From NCBI GenBank assembly GCA_035643995.1, contig DASQPK010000064.1, positions 3,616-67,615 on the forward strand: 64,000 nt of DNA. Reading direction: 5' to 3'. Positions 1 to 9,914 of the stretch are shown piece after piece. This DNA is from Steroidobacteraceae bacterium (GTDB lineage Bacteria; Pseudomonadota; Gammaproteobacteria; Steroidobacterales; Steroidobacteraceae). The position numbers were made by a program, and so were the translations under genes. The notes beneath the pieces were generated by a model that saw only the letters and a program-made list of their open reading frames with translations, was not told the origin of the DNA and searched no databases. Positions within the stretch are counted from its first letter, which is position 1. The number at the start of each line of letters is the position of its first letter.

Positions 1-1
1 A

Positions 2-385
2 TCCTATTCCGAAATCAACATGACTCCGTTGATCGACGTGATGTTGGTATTGCTGATTATTTTCATCATCACGCTTCCCAACCAGACGCATGCCGTAAAA
101 ATCGACAATCCGCTGCCGCCGCCGCCGAATTTTGTGCCGCCACCGCCGCCGGAGGTCATCGACCTGACCATCGATTTCGACGGCACGTTGTTGTGGAACA
201 GGAGTCCGGTGGACCGAAAGACCCTGCAAACCTACATCGAGTCGGAAGCGCAGAAACAACCGCAGCCTGAAGTGCATATCACGGTCGATAAGTTCGCGAA
301 ATACGAAATTGTGGCGCAGACGTTGGCTGATTTGCAGCACCGCGGATTGAAGAAGATAGGTTTCGTCAATAACGATTTCTTCTAA
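2..385 (+). CDS. exbD: ExbD/TolR-family biopolymer transport protein (5' end upstream of window)
   Basis: Frame is open from base 2. SEINMTPLIDVMLVLLIIF matches the conserved ExbD/TolR N-terminal transmembrane signature and is followed by a periplasmic domain. Contains an unusual PPPPNFVPPPPP linker. Confidence 0.85.
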   Translation, partial: SYSEINMTPLIDVMLVLLIIFIITLPNQTHAVKIDNPLPPPPNFVPPPPPEVIDLTIDFDGTLLWNRSPVDRKTLQTYIESEAQKQPQPEVHITVDKFAKYEIVAQTLADLQHRGLKKIGFVNNDFF

Positions 386-407
386 GTCGGTACCCCTGAG
401 TGGTATT

Positions 408-450
408 ACGGCGCGTCATGCCCTTCAAGAGGTGTACGCGCCGTTTGTTT
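408..450 (+). terminator. Candidate rho-independent terminator downstream of exbD
   Basis: Perfect 9-bp inverted repeat ACGGCGCGT (408-416) / ACGCGCCGT (436-444) with a 19-nt loop, followed by TTTGTTT. Confidence 0.35.
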
Positions 451-524
451 GACCAGCCAGAGATGCCGGGCAAGAATCTTAAAATGCCGTGCGCAATTAT
501 TTCGGTACATAACGAGGTCTCCTA

Positions 525-1781
525 ATGAGTCATTCGATACACAACATTCGACGCCATCCCGCGGTGTTTTGCTTGCTTGCCCTCATTGGCTGCGCGGCAA
601 TGTCGCAGTCGGCATTTTCGGCCGATAAGCCCAAGGGTCCGGAACTCAGCCGCGTGATTGCCAAGGAAATGACGGCCGCGCAGAAGGCGATGCAAGCCCA
701 GCAGTGGTCCGAAGCGCTGAAGAATCTGGAAGCCGCCGAGACGAAAAGTCCGCTGACTGCCTACGACAAGTTGAAGATTGATGAATTTAAAGCCAATTGC
801 TATGTCAGGCTGAACAACCTCAAGGCGGCGCAAACCGCTTACGAGGCCGCGCTTGCGACCGGAGCTTTCCCAGCCGATGAGCTGCCCAAGACTTATCGCG
901 TGCTGTTTCAGCTGGCCGCCAACAACCAGCAGAGCACCAAGGCAATTGAATATGGCAAGCAAATGTTCGATGCCGGGGCCGCCACCGATAATGACCTCCT
1001 GATCATGGCTCAGCTTTACTATCAGCAAAAGGACTGCAAGAATTCGGCGGTCTGGGGCGACAGAGCCGTTGCCGCCTTCAAGAAGGCCGGCGAGCAGCCC
1101 AAGGAAGTGCTGTATCAGATAAAATTGCAATGCGCCAGCGATGCCAACGAGACTGCCGGCATGATTTCAGGGCTGTACGATTTGGTGCGCCTCACCAACA
1201 AGCCCTCGTATTGGAACAATCTGATACGCCTGGAGCGCCAGGATGAGCGCGATGACCACAATCTGTTGATGATTTATCGCGTCATGTTCGACACGAACTC
1301 CATGCAAGCGGACACCGACTATATTGAAATGGCGCAATTGCTCGGTGATGCAGGCCTGCCGGGCGAAGCGCAAATGGTTTTGGAAAAGGCGACGAGTTCC
1401 GGCATCGTCAAGGATGATCACAAGGAGCGCACCACCCGCTTGTTGAACGCGATGAAGACCCGCGGCGATGCGGACAAGAAGGGATTGCCGGCACTCGACG
1501 CCGAGGCGGCCAAGAATTCGGCGGGCCAACTCGATGTGAAGCTGGGCGAAGTGTACTTCGGCGCCGGCGATTATCAGGGAGCATCGACGGCCATCACCCG
1601 CGGCCTCGGCAAAGGGCAGATCAAGCAGTTGGACGAGGCGTATGTGTACCTCGGCCGATCACAGGCCGCGCTCAAGAACTACCCAGAGGCGAAGAAGGCG
1701 TTTGTCGGCCTCAAGGCAGTACCGAACATCAGCCAGCGCGTCCTCAAGCTGTGGGAGCTGTACGCGGACAAGCTCGGCTAG
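525..1781 (+). CDS. Tetratricopeptide-repeat lipoprotein associated with the ExbD cluster
   Basis: N-terminal signal peptide with lipobox LIGC. Helical, A/L/Y/K-rich repeat composition typical of TPR proteins. GAGG Shine-Dalgarno about 8 nt upstream of the ATG. Confidence 0.75.
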   Translation: MSHSIHNIRRHPAVFCLLALIGCAAMSQSAFSADKPKGPELSRVIAKEMTAAQKAMQAQQWSEALKNLEAAETKSPLTAYDKLKIDEFKANCYVRLNNLKAAQTAYEAALATGAFPADELPKTYRVLFQLAANNQQSTKAIEYGKQMFDAGAATDNDLLIMAQLYYQQKDCKNSAVWGDRAVAAFKKAGEQPKEVLYQIKLQCASDANETAGMISGLYDLVRLTNKPSYWNNLIRLERQDERDDHNLLMIYRVMFDTNSMQADTDYIEMAQLLGDAGLPGEAQMVLEKATSSGIVKDDHKERTTRLLNAMKTRGDADKKGLPALDAEAAKNSAGQLDVKLGEVYFGAGDYQGASTAITRGLGKGQIKQLDEAYVYLGRSQAALKNYPEAKKAFVGLKAVPNISQRVLKLWELYADKLG

Positions 1782-1803
1782 AATTCAGAACGAGGAAAGC
1801 ACC

Positions 1804-2286
1804 ATGACGATCAAAGCCGGCGAAAAAATGCCTGAAGGCGCGTTCACTCGCATGACCAAGGACGGCCCTCAAAAAATGACGACCGAGCAGCTGTTTGCCG
1901 GCAAGACGGTGGTGCTGTTCTCGGTGCCCGGCGCATTTACGCCGACCTGCGATGCCAAGCATTTGCCCGGATTTGTGGAACTGGCAGATCAGATCAAGGC
2001 AAAAGGCGTTGATACGATTGCCTGCACGGCGGTCAATGACGTGTTCGTGATGAACGCATGGGGCAAGCATGGCGGAGTCGGCGACAAGATTCTTATGCTG
2101 GCGGACGGCAACGGCGCTTACGTCAAGGCCTTGGGGCTGGAAATGGATGGCTCGAAGTTTGGCATGGGCACGCGCGGCCAGCGCTTCGCCCTCATCGTCA
2201 AAAACGGCGTTGCAACGCAGGTGGATATCGAGGCGCCGGGCGAGTTCAAAGTTTCCGCCGCGGACTACGTCCTGAAGCAACTCTAG
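1804..2286 (+). CDS. Peroxiredoxin, Prx5-like (atypical 2-Cys) family
   Basis: PGAFTPTC peroxidatic-cysteine motif; 160 aa; GAGGA SD before the ATG at 1804. The ORF-track start at 1642 overlaps the TPR gene and encodes R/S-rich junk, so it is not used. Confidence 0.9.
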   Translation: MTIKAGEKMPEGAFTRMTKDGPQKMTTEQLFAGKTVVLFSVPGAFTPTCDAKHLPGFVELADQIKAKGVDTIACTAVNDVFVMNAWGKHGGVGDKILMLADGNGAYVKALGLEMDGSKFGMGTRGQRFALIVKNGVATQVDIEAPGEFKVSAADYVLKQL

Positions 2287-2300
2287 ACGAGCGTCTGACG

Positions 2301-2330
2301 AGCGGCGCAGCCCTTAGAAGCCGCGCCGCT
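2301..2330. terminator. Hairpin between the convergent peroxiredoxin and etfA genes
   Basis: 8-bp inverted repeat AGCGGCGC (2301-2308) / GCGCCGCT (2323-2330), followed by only a short TT tract. Confidence 0.3.
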
Positions 2331-2348
2331 TTGGTTCCCCGGTGAGTT

Positions 2349-3290
2349 CTAGCCCAAGAGCCTCTCGAGCTCCGGCACGATTTGAAATAGATCGCCCACC
2401 AAGCCGACATCCGCGACCTCGAAGATCGGCGCTTCACCGTCCTTGTTGATGGCCACGATGGTGCGTGCGTCTTTGATTCCCGTCAGATGTTGAATCGCAC
2501 CGGAAATTCCGATGGCGATGTACATCTCCGGTGAGATGATCTTGCCGGTCTGGCCAACCTGCATTTCGTTCGGCGCATATCCGGCATCAACCGCCGCGCG
2601 CGATGCGCCGACCGCCGCGCCCAGCTTATCGGCCAAGCCGAACAGCAATTTGAAATTCTCCGCGCTGCCCAAGGCCCGGCCGCCGGATACCACGCGCGCC
2701 GCGGTTTGCAGATCCGGCCGGTCGGTGGAGCCGGACTTGGCTCCCACATAACGGGTATGCGAGGGCAGGGAGACGTTCAATGTCTTGGAGTCGACGGTGG
2801 CCTGTCCACCGCCGGGCGCCGCCTGGAAGGACGCCACGCGCACGGTCGCGATGAGTTTGCGGGTGGGGTCTGCTTCCACCGTCACGATGGCGTTGCCCGC
2901 GTAAATGGGACGGCGAAACCGGTAAGGCGCTTCCACCGCCATCAAATCGCTGACCTGCGTAACCCCGAGCAACGCCGCGATCCGCGGCATCAAATCCTTG
3001 CCAAAGCTCGTCGAGGGTCCGAACACGTGCGTGTAATCGGCAGCCAGGGCGGCCGCTTGCGGCGCGAAAATCGCGGCCAGCGGGTGCATATTCTCCGGCC
3101 GATCCACGCGCAAGACGGACTTCACGCCGGTGATGGCGGCAGCCTGCGAGGCAACGGAGGATGTGTCGGCGCCGAGCAGAGCGACGGTGATCTCGGCATC
3201 GGGAATATTCGTTGCGCAAGTGACGCACTTGGCAGTGGCCGGATTCAGCGCTTTTCCGTCGTGTTCGCCGATAATGAGTACCTTGTGCAT
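2349..3290 (-). CDS. etfA: Electron transfer flavoprotein subunit alpha
   Basis: 313 aa. N-terminus MHKVLIIGEHDGKALNPATAK and a C-terminal FAD-binding region (PEMYIAIGISGAIQHLTGIKD) typical of EtfA. Its start shares 1 nt with the etfB stop. Confidence 0.93.
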   Translation of the reverse strand: MHKVLIIGEHDGKALNPATAKCVTCATNIPDAEITVALLGADTSSVASQAAAITGVKSVLRVDRPENMHPLAAIFAPQAAALAADYTHVFGPSTSFGKDLMPRIAALLGVTQVSDLMAVEAPYRFRRPIYAGNAIVTVEADPTRKLIATVRVASFQAAPGGGQATVDSKTLNVSLPSHTRYVGAKSGSTDRPDLQTAARVVSGGRALGSAENFKLLFGLADKLGAAVGASRAAVDAGYAPNEMQVGQTGKIISPEMYIAIGISGAIQHLTGIKDARTIVAINKDGEAPIFEVADVGLVGDLFQIVPELERLLG

Positions 3291-4039
3291 CAGATCAGAC
3301 CCTTTTTCTTGAGGACATCGACGAGTTCCGCCACATCCTTGACCATCGCGCCCTTTTGGCGCTGCGGCGGCGGTTCGGTCTTCAGAGTCTTGAGCAAAAC
3401 TCCCGTGCTGATTCCGAGGGCGTCGAGCGACGTCACTTCCAAAGGCTTTTTCTTGGCTTTCATGATGTCCGGCAGCTTCACATAGCGCGGTTCGTTCAAC
3501 CGCAAATCCACGGTGACCACAGCCGGCAGGTCGACCTCGATGGTCTCCAAGCCCGCGTCGACTTCGCGGGTGACGCTCGCCTTGCCCGCTGAAATCTCGA
3601 TCTTCGACGCGTAGGTTGCCTGCGGCCGGTCCCAGATCGCGGCCAACATTTGCCCGGTTTGGTTGGCATCATCGTCAATGGCCTGTTTGCCGAGGAAAAT
3701 CAGATCCGGATTTTCCTTCTTCGCCAACGCCAGAAAAGTCTGAGCCGCGGTCAGTGGTTCGACGGCCACGTCCGTTTGCACGAGAATTGCGCGATCGGCG
3801 CCCATGGCGAGGGCCGTACGCAATTGCTGCTGGGTATCGGCCACACCGATGCTCACCGCGACGACCTCGATATTCGAACCGCGCTCCTTGATGCGCAGCG
3901 CCTCCTCGAGCGCAATCTCATCAAACGGATTCACGCTCATCTTGACCCCGTCGAGCATGACGCCGCTGCCATCGGGCTTGACCCGTATGCGCACGTTGTA
4001 ATCAACGACGCGTTTTATACAGACCATGATCTTCTGCAC
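3290..4039 (-). CDS. etfB: Electron transfer flavoprotein subunit beta
   Basis: 249 aa. IMVCIKRVVDYNVRIRVKPDG and MSVNPFDEIALEEALRIKE are classic EtfB motifs. GTG start 5 nt after AAGGAG; an alternative ATG lies at 4027. Confidence 0.93.
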   Translation of the reverse strand: MQKIMVCIKRVVDYNVRIRVKPDGSGVMLDGVKMSVNPFDEIALEEALRIKERGSNIEVVAVSIGVADTQQQLRTALAMGADRAILVQTDVAVEPLTAAQTFLALAKKENPDLIFLGKQAIDDDANQTGQMLAAIWDRPQATYASKIEISAGKASVTREVDAGLETIEVDLPAVVTVDLRLNEPRYVKLPDIMKAKKKPLEVTSLDALGISTGVLLKTLKTEPPPQRQKGAMVKDVAELVDVLKKKGLI

Positions 4040-4048
4040 GTAAGCTCC

Positions 4049-4858
4049 TTAAGCGGTTGCCTGCGGCGCACTTTTAGCGCGCGCTTCGGCCTGTTGTTCC
4101 AAAAATACGGTACTGATTTTAGCCGCGCACTGGCGCAACTTTGGTAGAAAACGCTCGAGCCCGGTCTTCAGCGGCAGTGCGGAAGCGGCAAAACGCACGG
4201 TCAGCGCAGCCAGGCGGTCGTTCATTGGAACGGGCACGCTCACGGTGTATTCGTCTATGAGGCGGCGTGTGCGGGTGGCGGTCGCGTAGCCGTGAGCCTT
4301 GATTTCCGTGAGCGCGCGCAGCAAGTCACCGCGATCGCGCGCGGGTTTGTCGTCTTCCTTGGTGGAGCGCGCCAAAATCTCAATGAGTGCATCGCGCTGC
4401 GCGAGCGGACAGTAGGCGAGATACACCCGCCCGGTCGCGCTGGTGAGCAGGGGCAATTGAATGCCGGCTGAATAGCGCTCAATCGCCAGTGGAGTAGCGT
4501 GATCGGTGGCCTCACGCAGCATCATTTTCGTGCCTGACAAGGTGGCAATGCTCACGGGCCAGACGATCTCGCTGCATAACTGATAAATCGCCGGTTTGGC
4601 GATCTGATGGACCCACGCTTCATCATCAAATCCTCCGCTCAAGCCCCGGACCAGAATCGTCAATCGATAGCGCTCGTCCGCGCTGTCTCGAAACACGAAG
4701 CCGGAAAGGCACAAGGTCTCCAAGATCCGATAGACCGTGGTGCGCGGCAGGCGAATCTCATGAGCAATCTCCGAGACCGTCGCACCGTCGCGTAAGTTAA
4801 GAATGGTCAGCGCGTCAAGGCCGCGCATGAGCGCGCGGATGGGGCGGGTGGAGTCCAT
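4049..4858 (-). CDS. IclR-family transcriptional regulator
   Basis: N-terminal winged-HTH segment (ALMRGLDALTILNLRDGATVSEIAHEIRLPRTTVYRILETL) plus a C-terminal effector domain. Ends 9 nt upstream of etfB on the same strand. Confidence 0.9.
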   Translation of the reverse strand: MDSTRPIRALMRGLDALTILNLRDGATVSEIAHEIRLPRTTVYRILETLCLSGFVFRDSADERYRLTILVRGLSGGFDDEAWVHQIAKPAIYQLCSEIVWPVSIATLSGTKMMLREATDHATPLAIERYSAGIQLPLLTSATGRVYLAYCPLAQRDALIEILARSTKEDDKPARDRGDLLRALTEIKAHGYATATRTRRLIDEYTVSVPVPMNDRLAALTVRFAASALPLKTGLERFLPKLRQCAAKISTVFLEQQAEARAKSAPQATA

Positions 4859-4907
4859 GAAACCTCATACGTTGGTCGGCCAGCTAGTCTAAGGAGCCAC
4901 ACTTCCC

Positions 4908-5864
4908 TTGTCCACCTCGCGGTCAGTCGATAGACTCAGCAAGGTGATCCGCTACTTTTTCACGAGGCTGGCCGGCGCTATTCCGACGCTGCTGATTATC
5001 ATCACGGCCACTTTTTTTTTGATGCGTGCAGCGCCCGGCGGTCCTTTCGATCAAGAGCAAACGCTGTCTCCTGAAATTGCGGCGAACCTGCAGAGCGCGT
5101 ACGGATTGGACCAGCCAATTTGGACGCAATACGAGCGCTACCTCAAATCGCTGCTGCACGGCGATTTCGGCCCCTCGTTCAAATATAAGGACTTTACCGT
5201 CACTGAATTGATCGGACAGGGCTTTCCCGTCACATTGCAGCTTGGCGTGATTGCCATGGTTCTGGCATTGGGTTTAGGCATTCCTCTCGGCACATTTGCC
5301 GCGCTCCACCACAACTCGGCGGCCGACTACGCGACGATGTCCCTGGCGGTCGTGGGCATCGCGATTCCTTCCTTCGTGGTGCTGCCGTTTCTCGGCCTTC
5401 TGTTCGGCGTCTATTTGCACTGGCTGCCGGTCGCGGGCTGGGAAGCGGGATCGATTCGACATCTTGCGCTGCCCGTTATCGCGTTGATGTTACCGCCCTT
5501 GGCGTACATTGCGCGGCTCACGCGCGGCAGCATGATCGAGGTGCTGCGCAGTCACTTCATTCGCACTGCCATCGCCAAGGGCTTGCCGCTGCACACGGTT
5601 ATTTTGCGCCATGCTTTGCGCCCTGCGCTCATACCGGTGGCGAGCTACCTGGTTCCGGCCGTTGCCTCGATCATGACCGGCTCGTTGGTGGTCGAGTCCA
5701 TCGCCGGACTGCCTGGAATCGGACGATATCTCGTGCAAGGCGCGCTCAACCGGGACTACACCTTGGTGCTCGGCATGGTGATCATTTATTCGACCTTGCT
5801 CATCGGTATGGGGCTGCTCGTCGATCTCTTGTACGCGTGGCTTGATCCGCGCGTGAGGCATTGA
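4908..5864 (+). CDS. oppB: Oligopeptide ABC transporter permease
   Basis: Close collinear similarity to E. coli OppB (APGGPFDQEQTLSPEIAANLQSAYGLDQPIWTQYERYLKSLLHGDFGPSFKYKD). TTG start 11 nt after AAGGAG. Confidence 0.9.
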   Translation: MSTSRSVDRLSKVIRYFFTRLAGAIPTLLIIITATFFLMRAAPGGPFDQEQTLSPEIAANLQSAYGLDQPIWTQYERYLKSLLHGDFGPSFKYKDFTVTELIGQGFPVTLQLGVIAMVLALGLGIPLGTFAALHHNSAADYATMSLAVVGIAIPSFVVLPFLGLLFGVYLHWLPVAGWEAGSIRHLALPVIALMLPPLAYIARLTRGSMIEVLRSHFIRTAIAKGLPLHTVILRHALRPALIPVASYLVPAVASIMTGSLVVESIAGLPGIGRYLVQGALNRDYTLVLGMVIIYSTLLIGMGLLVDLLYAWLDPRVRH

Positions 5865-6712
5865 GAGTGGGCGGACTCGCCGATGCGGCGGCGCGACGCT
5901 CGAGAACGAATCCCGCAGCCGTTGTAGCTGTGGCGGCGCTGTGCGTGATCCTCGTGTTGACATGGCTCGGGCCGTGGATCAGCCCGAACAATTCGCAGAC
6001 ACTCGATTGGCTGCACATCGCGGCACGCCCCGGCATGCAAAGTTCGCATTGGTTCGGAACCGATCGCTTGGGACGCGATTTGTTCGTGAGGACACTCGCC
6101 GGCACGCGGGTCAGCATTGCCATCGGATTGGCGGCGAGCATCATCAGTCTGCTGGTCGGCGTGAGCTACGGGGCAATCGCCGGCTACATCGGCGGCCGCG
6201 CCGATCATTTGATGATGCGATTGATCGAAATCCTGAGCGGATTGCCGCTGATTTTCTTCGTGATATTTTTGACGGTCATTTTTGGGCGCAGTGAATATCT
6301 CCTGTTTTTCGCGATAGGCGCCGTCGGCTGGCTGACCATGGCCCGCATCGTTCGCGGCCAGGCCTTGAGCATTCGTCAACGGGAATTCATCGAGGCTGCG
6401 ATCGCATCGGGAGCCGGCACAGGCCGCATCATCTTGAGGCACGTCGTCCCCAATGTCATCGGACCGGTGATCGTGTACGCCACGCTCACCGTGCCGCAGA
6501 TCATCCTGTTCGAAAGCTTCTTGAGCTTTCTTGGATTGGGAATTCAGGAACCGGGCGCAAGCTTGGGCACCCTGATCGCCGAGGGTGCCGGCGAAATGGA
6601 AGCCGCTCCCTGGATCTTGCTGGTTCCCGGCAGCTTCTTGGCGGTTCTGTTGCTTTGCTTGAACATCTTCGGCGATGGCCTGCGCGACGCCCTCGACGTC
6701 AAGGATGGCTGA
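5861..6712 (+). CDS. oppC: Oligopeptide ABC transporter permease
   Basis: HWFGTDRLGRDLF motif and the BPD-transporter inner-membrane signature typical of OppC/DppC. 4-nt start/stop overlap (TTGA) with oppB. Confidence 0.9.
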   Translation: MRVGGLADAAARRSRTNPAAVVAVAALCVILVLTWLGPWISPNNSQTLDWLHIAARPGMQSSHWFGTDRLGRDLFVRTLAGTRVSIAIGLAASIISLLVGVSYGAIAGYIGGRADHLMMRLIEILSGLPLIFFVIFLTVIFGRSEYLLFFAIGAVGWLTMARIVRGQALSIRQREFIEAAIASGAGTGRIILRHVVPNVIGPVIVYATLTVPQIILFESFLSFLGLGIQEPGASLGTLIAEGAGEMEAAPWILLVPGSFLAVLLLCLNIFGDGLRDALDVKDG

Positions 6713-6713
6713 C

Positions 6714-7679
6714 ATGGTTCCGACATTGAGTGTCGACCGTTTACGCATCAGCTTCTCGCATCGCACCGGGATCATCGAGGCGGTCGACGGTGTGTCTTTC
6801 AGCATCGCACCCTCCGAATGCGTAGGGCTGGTCGGGGAATCAGGATCCGGCAAGACACAGATCTTCATGGCGGCCATGGGACTGCTTGACGGCAACGCGC
6901 AGGTCAGCGGCAGCGTTCGATTTGAGGGCAATGAATTGTTGAGAGTCGATGGGCCGACGCTAAACCGCGTCCGCGGCTCGCAGCTCACCATGATTTTTCA
7001 GGATCCGATGACCTCGTTGACGCCGCACTTGACGGTAGGCACGCAACTGGCGGAAGTCATGGTTACTCATTTGGGAATGCCGTGGAAGGATGCGCGATCC
7101 TTCGCCGGCCGCATGCTCGAGCGGGTGCATGTTCCGGAACCGAAACGCCGATTGACTCAGTATCCGCATGAGCTTTCCGGGGGCATGCGCCAGCGAGTGA
7201 TGATCGCGATGAGCCTGTTGTGCGAGCCTTCCTTGGTCATCGCCGATGAGCCGACCACGGCGCTCGACGTGACCATCCAGGCGCAGATCATCGAGTTGCT
7301 GCGCGCCGTGCGCGGCGAATTCGGCATGGCGTTGGTGCTCATCAGTCATGATCTCGCCGTGGTGGCGGGTCTGGCCGACCGAATTCTGGTGATGTATGCG
7401 GGCAGCGTGGTCGAAAACGCGATCACGGGAGAATTATTCAAGCATCCGCGCCACCCCTACACCGCCGAGTTGCTGAAGTGCATGCCGAGTGTAACCGGAC
7501 CGCGCCTCGACCGATTGCCGACCCTGGCCGGGCAGCCGCCGCGCCCCGGCGAAGTGCTCGAGGCGTGTCCCTTCGCGCCGCGCTGCCCCCGCGCGGCCGA
7601 TCGCTGTCGAGTCGAACGCCCCCAGCTCGAGGGCTCTTCGACGAGTCAAGTTGCCTGCCATTTTCCGCTCACCGCATGA
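6714..7679 (+). CDS. oppD: Oligopeptide ABC transporter ATP-binding protein
   Basis: Walker [12 protein letters not shown] signature LSGGMRQR, Walker [13 protein letters not shown], and the C-terminal oligopeptide-type extension with Cys residues. The ATG at 6714 has an AAGGA SD 9 nt upstream; the ORF-track start at 6675 overlaps oppC. Confidence 0.9.
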   Translation: MVPTLSVDRLRISFSHRTGIIEAVDGVSFSIAPSECVGLVGESGSGKTQIFMAAMGLLDGNAQVSGSVRFEGNELLRVDGPTLNRVRGSQLTMIFQDPMTSLTPHLTVGTQLAEVMVTHLGMPWKDARSFAGRMLERVHVPEPKRRLTQYPHELSGGMRQRVMIAMSLLCEPSLVIADEPTTALDVTIQAQIIELLRAVRGEFGMALVLISHDLAVVAGLADRILVMYAGSVVENAITGELFKHPRHPYTAELLKCMPSVTGPRLDRLPTLAGQPPRPGEVLEACPFAPRCPRAADRCRVERPQLEGSSTSQVACHFPLTA

Positions 7680-8641
7680 ACAACATTGTGCTGCGGGTGC
7701 GGGATCTGCGCGTGGACTTCGGCGCGCATGCCGTGATACGCGGCGTGAGCTTCGATTTATGCAGCGGCGAGACGTTGAGTCTCGTGGGGGAATCAGGATC
7801 CGGGAAATCGACACTGGCGCGCGCCATTCTACGGCTGCTGCAACCTGCGCAGGGCAGCGCGGAGTTTCTGGGGGTGGATTTGCTGAGGTGTCCGCCGGCA
7901 GTGCTGCGTGCGCAACGCCGCGGCCTGCAAATCGTGTTTCAAGATGCGCTCGCGAGCCTCGATCCGCGCATGACGGTGGGCGAGTCGATCGGTGAACCCT
8001 TGAGGATTTTCGAACCCGGACTGAATGCGGGCGCCCGGCAGCTCAAGGTCCGCGACATGTTGGAACGAGTCGGCTTGAGTCCCGAGATGACCGGCCGGTA
8101 TCCGCACGAATTCAGCGGCGGTCAGTGTCAGCGAATCGGCATCGCGCGCGCCATGATCTTGAGTCCGAAGCTTTTGATCTGCGACGAAATCGTCAGCTCC
8201 CTCGACGTTTCCGTCCAGGGTCAAATCGTCAATTTGTTGCTTGATCTGCAGGACGCCGGAATGGCCGTGCTGTTCATCAGCCACAATCTTGCCGTGGTGA
8301 GGCATTTGAGTCATCGCGTGCTGGTCATGTACTTGGGAAAATTGGTGGAAATCGCACCGTGCGATGCGCTATTCGAATCGCCCGTCCACCCCTATACGCG
8401 GGCGTTGCTGGCCGCCGTGCCGCGTATGCCTCACGCGGCCGCTGCCGCAGCGCCGGCGGCGCCCGGCGAATTGGCGGCGCCGGATTTGATGGCGTCCGGA
8501 TGCGCTTTTCGCGACCGCTGTCCTTATGCGCTGCCCGTGTGCGAGTCCAGCGACCCGCCGCTGCTCGAGGTCGCCCCGGGACATTGGGCCGCGTGCCACC
8601 GTTCGCAGGAGACGCTTAATCCGTTATCCTTCGTCGCATGA
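7676..8641 (+). CDS. oppF: Oligopeptide ABC transporter ATP-binding protein
   Basis: Walker [10 protein letters not shown], signature FSGGQCQR, Walker [16 protein letters not shown] start/stop overlap with oppD at 7676-7679. Confidence 0.9.
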   Translation: MNNIVLRVRDLRVDFGAHAVIRGVSFDLCSGETLSLVGESGSGKSTLARAILRLLQPAQGSAEFLGVDLLRCPPAVLRAQRRGLQIVFQDALASLDPRMTVGESIGEPLRIFEPGLNAGARQLKVRDMLERVGLSPEMTGRYPHEFSGGQCQRIGIARAMILSPKLLICDEIVSSLDVSVQGQIVNLLLDLQDAGMAVLFISHNLAVVRHLSHRVLVMYLGKLVEIAPCDALFESPVHPYTRALLAAVPRMPHAAAAAAPAAPGELAAPDLMASGCAFRDRCPYALPVCESSDPPLLEVAPGHWAACHRSQETLNPLSFVA

Positions 8642-9912
8642 AACAACGAAAGCCGGTACGGCCGAGCGACGGGCTGGCCAATGTGCGCTATGAAATCCGC
8701 GGCAAGTTGGCGCGCCAGGCTCTGGCGCTCGAGCGCCAGGGCTACGACATCGTCTCGCTCAATATCGGCAATCCTTACGCGTTCGGTTTTCGCACCCCGG
8801 AAACGATGCGCTTGGCCATGATTGAGAATCTGCGCAACAGCGAAGGATATGTGCACCAGAAGGGGATCTTTCCCGCGCGCGAAGCGGTGGTCATGCAGCA
8901 GCAGGAGCGCGGCGTGCTGGGCGTCACGGCCGAGGAGGTTTTCATCGGCAATGGCGTCAGTGAGTTGATTGATCTCACTCTTCGTGCGCTGCTCAATTCC
9001 GGGGATGAGGTATTGGTGCCGAGTCCCGACTACCCGCTGTGGACCGCTGCGGTGAATTTGAATAGCGGACGTGCCGTGCATTATCCCTGCCACGCCGCGC
9101 AGTCCTTCATCCCGGACCCCGACGAGGTAGAATCGCTGATCACCAAGCGCACGCGCGCCATCGTCATCGTCAACCCCAATAATCCCACGGGCGCCGTGTA
9201 CCCCAGGGCGACGTTGACCGCGATTGCGCAACTTGCGGAAAAGCACCGCTTGGTGGTGTTGTGCGATGAAATCTACGACCACATCCTCTACGATGACGCC
9301 GAATTCGTGCCCATGGCGACATTGGTGCACGACACCCTGTGCTGCACGATGAGCGGACTATCGAAGGTGTATCGCGCCTGTGGATATCGGGTGGGCTGGG
9401 CAGCCTTCTCCGGCGATATCGAGGGTGCGCGCGAATATTTGAGCGGCTTGGAGCTGCTCTCATCCTTGAGGCTCTGCAGCAACGTTCCCGGACAGTGGGC
9501 GGTGCAGACGGCGCTCGGCGGTTATCAAAGTATTTTGGAGCTGACGCGTCCCAAGGGCCGGCTGTACGAATCACGGCAGGCGATTCTCGACGGCGTCGCG
9601 CGCAGTAAGTATCTTAAATTGGCGCGGCCGATGGGCGCTCTGTACGCCTTCGTGGAAGTTCGCAGCGATGCATTGCCGAACTTCGACGATCAAACCTTTG
9701 CGCTTGACTTATTGGAAAAGAAACACGTGCTGGTCGCGCCGGGCGTGAGCTTTAACGTGCCCTATCGCAATGCCTTTAGGATCACGAACTTGCCGGAGCC
9801 CCAAGTCCTCGCGACCGTGTTCTCGCGCATCGATGAACTTCTCGACGCCCAGGCCGCAGAAGGGCCGGCGCTGAAGGTCGTCTCTTCCAAGCCTACGGTC
9901 CAGCAGCACTGA
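8638..9912 (+). CDS. alaA: Glutamate-pyruvate (alanine) aminotransferase, PLP-dependent
   Basis: Collinear with E. coli AlaA/YfbQ ([49 protein letters not shown]-lysine motif, [18 protein letters not shown]). ATGA overlap with the oppF stop. Confidence 0.88.
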   Translation: MKQRKPVRPSDGLANVRYEIRGKLARQALALERQGYDIVSLNIGNPYAFGFRTPETMRLAMIENLRNSEGYVHQKGIFPAREAVVMQQQERGVLGVTAEEVFIGNGVSELIDLTLRALLNSGDEVLVPSPDYPLWTAAVNLNSGRAVHYPCHAAQSFIPDPDEVESLITKRTRAIVIVNPNNPTGAVYPRATLTAIAQLAEKHRLVVLCDEIYDHILYDDAEFVPMATLVHDTLCCTMSGLSKVYRACGYRVGWAAFSGDIEGAREYLSGLELLSSLRLCSNVPGQWAVQTALGGYQSILELTRPKGRLYESRQAILDGVARSKYLKLARPMGALYAFVEVRSDALPNFDDQTFALDLLEKKHVLVAPGVSFNVPYRNAFRITNLPEPQVLATVFSRIDELLDAQAAEGPALKVVSSKPTVQQH

Positions 9913-9914
9913 GC

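Noticed and set aside
1642-1803. N-terminal extensions offered by the ORF track (peroxiredoxin 1642; gspN to 17447; gspL to 19217; gspK to 20035; gspJ to 21330; TIR-like 35918; RND adaptor to 43163; AKR to 58175; pqiB to 61582; pqiA second half to 62478)
   Set aside because: Each extension overlaps the upstream gene extensively and encodes Arg/Ser/Pro-rich sequence unrelated to the family. Internal ATG/GTG starts give canonical N-termini, signal peptides or prepilin leaders, and 4-nt start/stop overlaps.
5786-6991. 401-aa minus-strand ORF across oppC/oppD
   Set aside because: It is antisense to well-supported ABC permease and ATPase genes. The composition is low-complexity and Arg/Ala/Gln-rich, so it is a shadow ORF.
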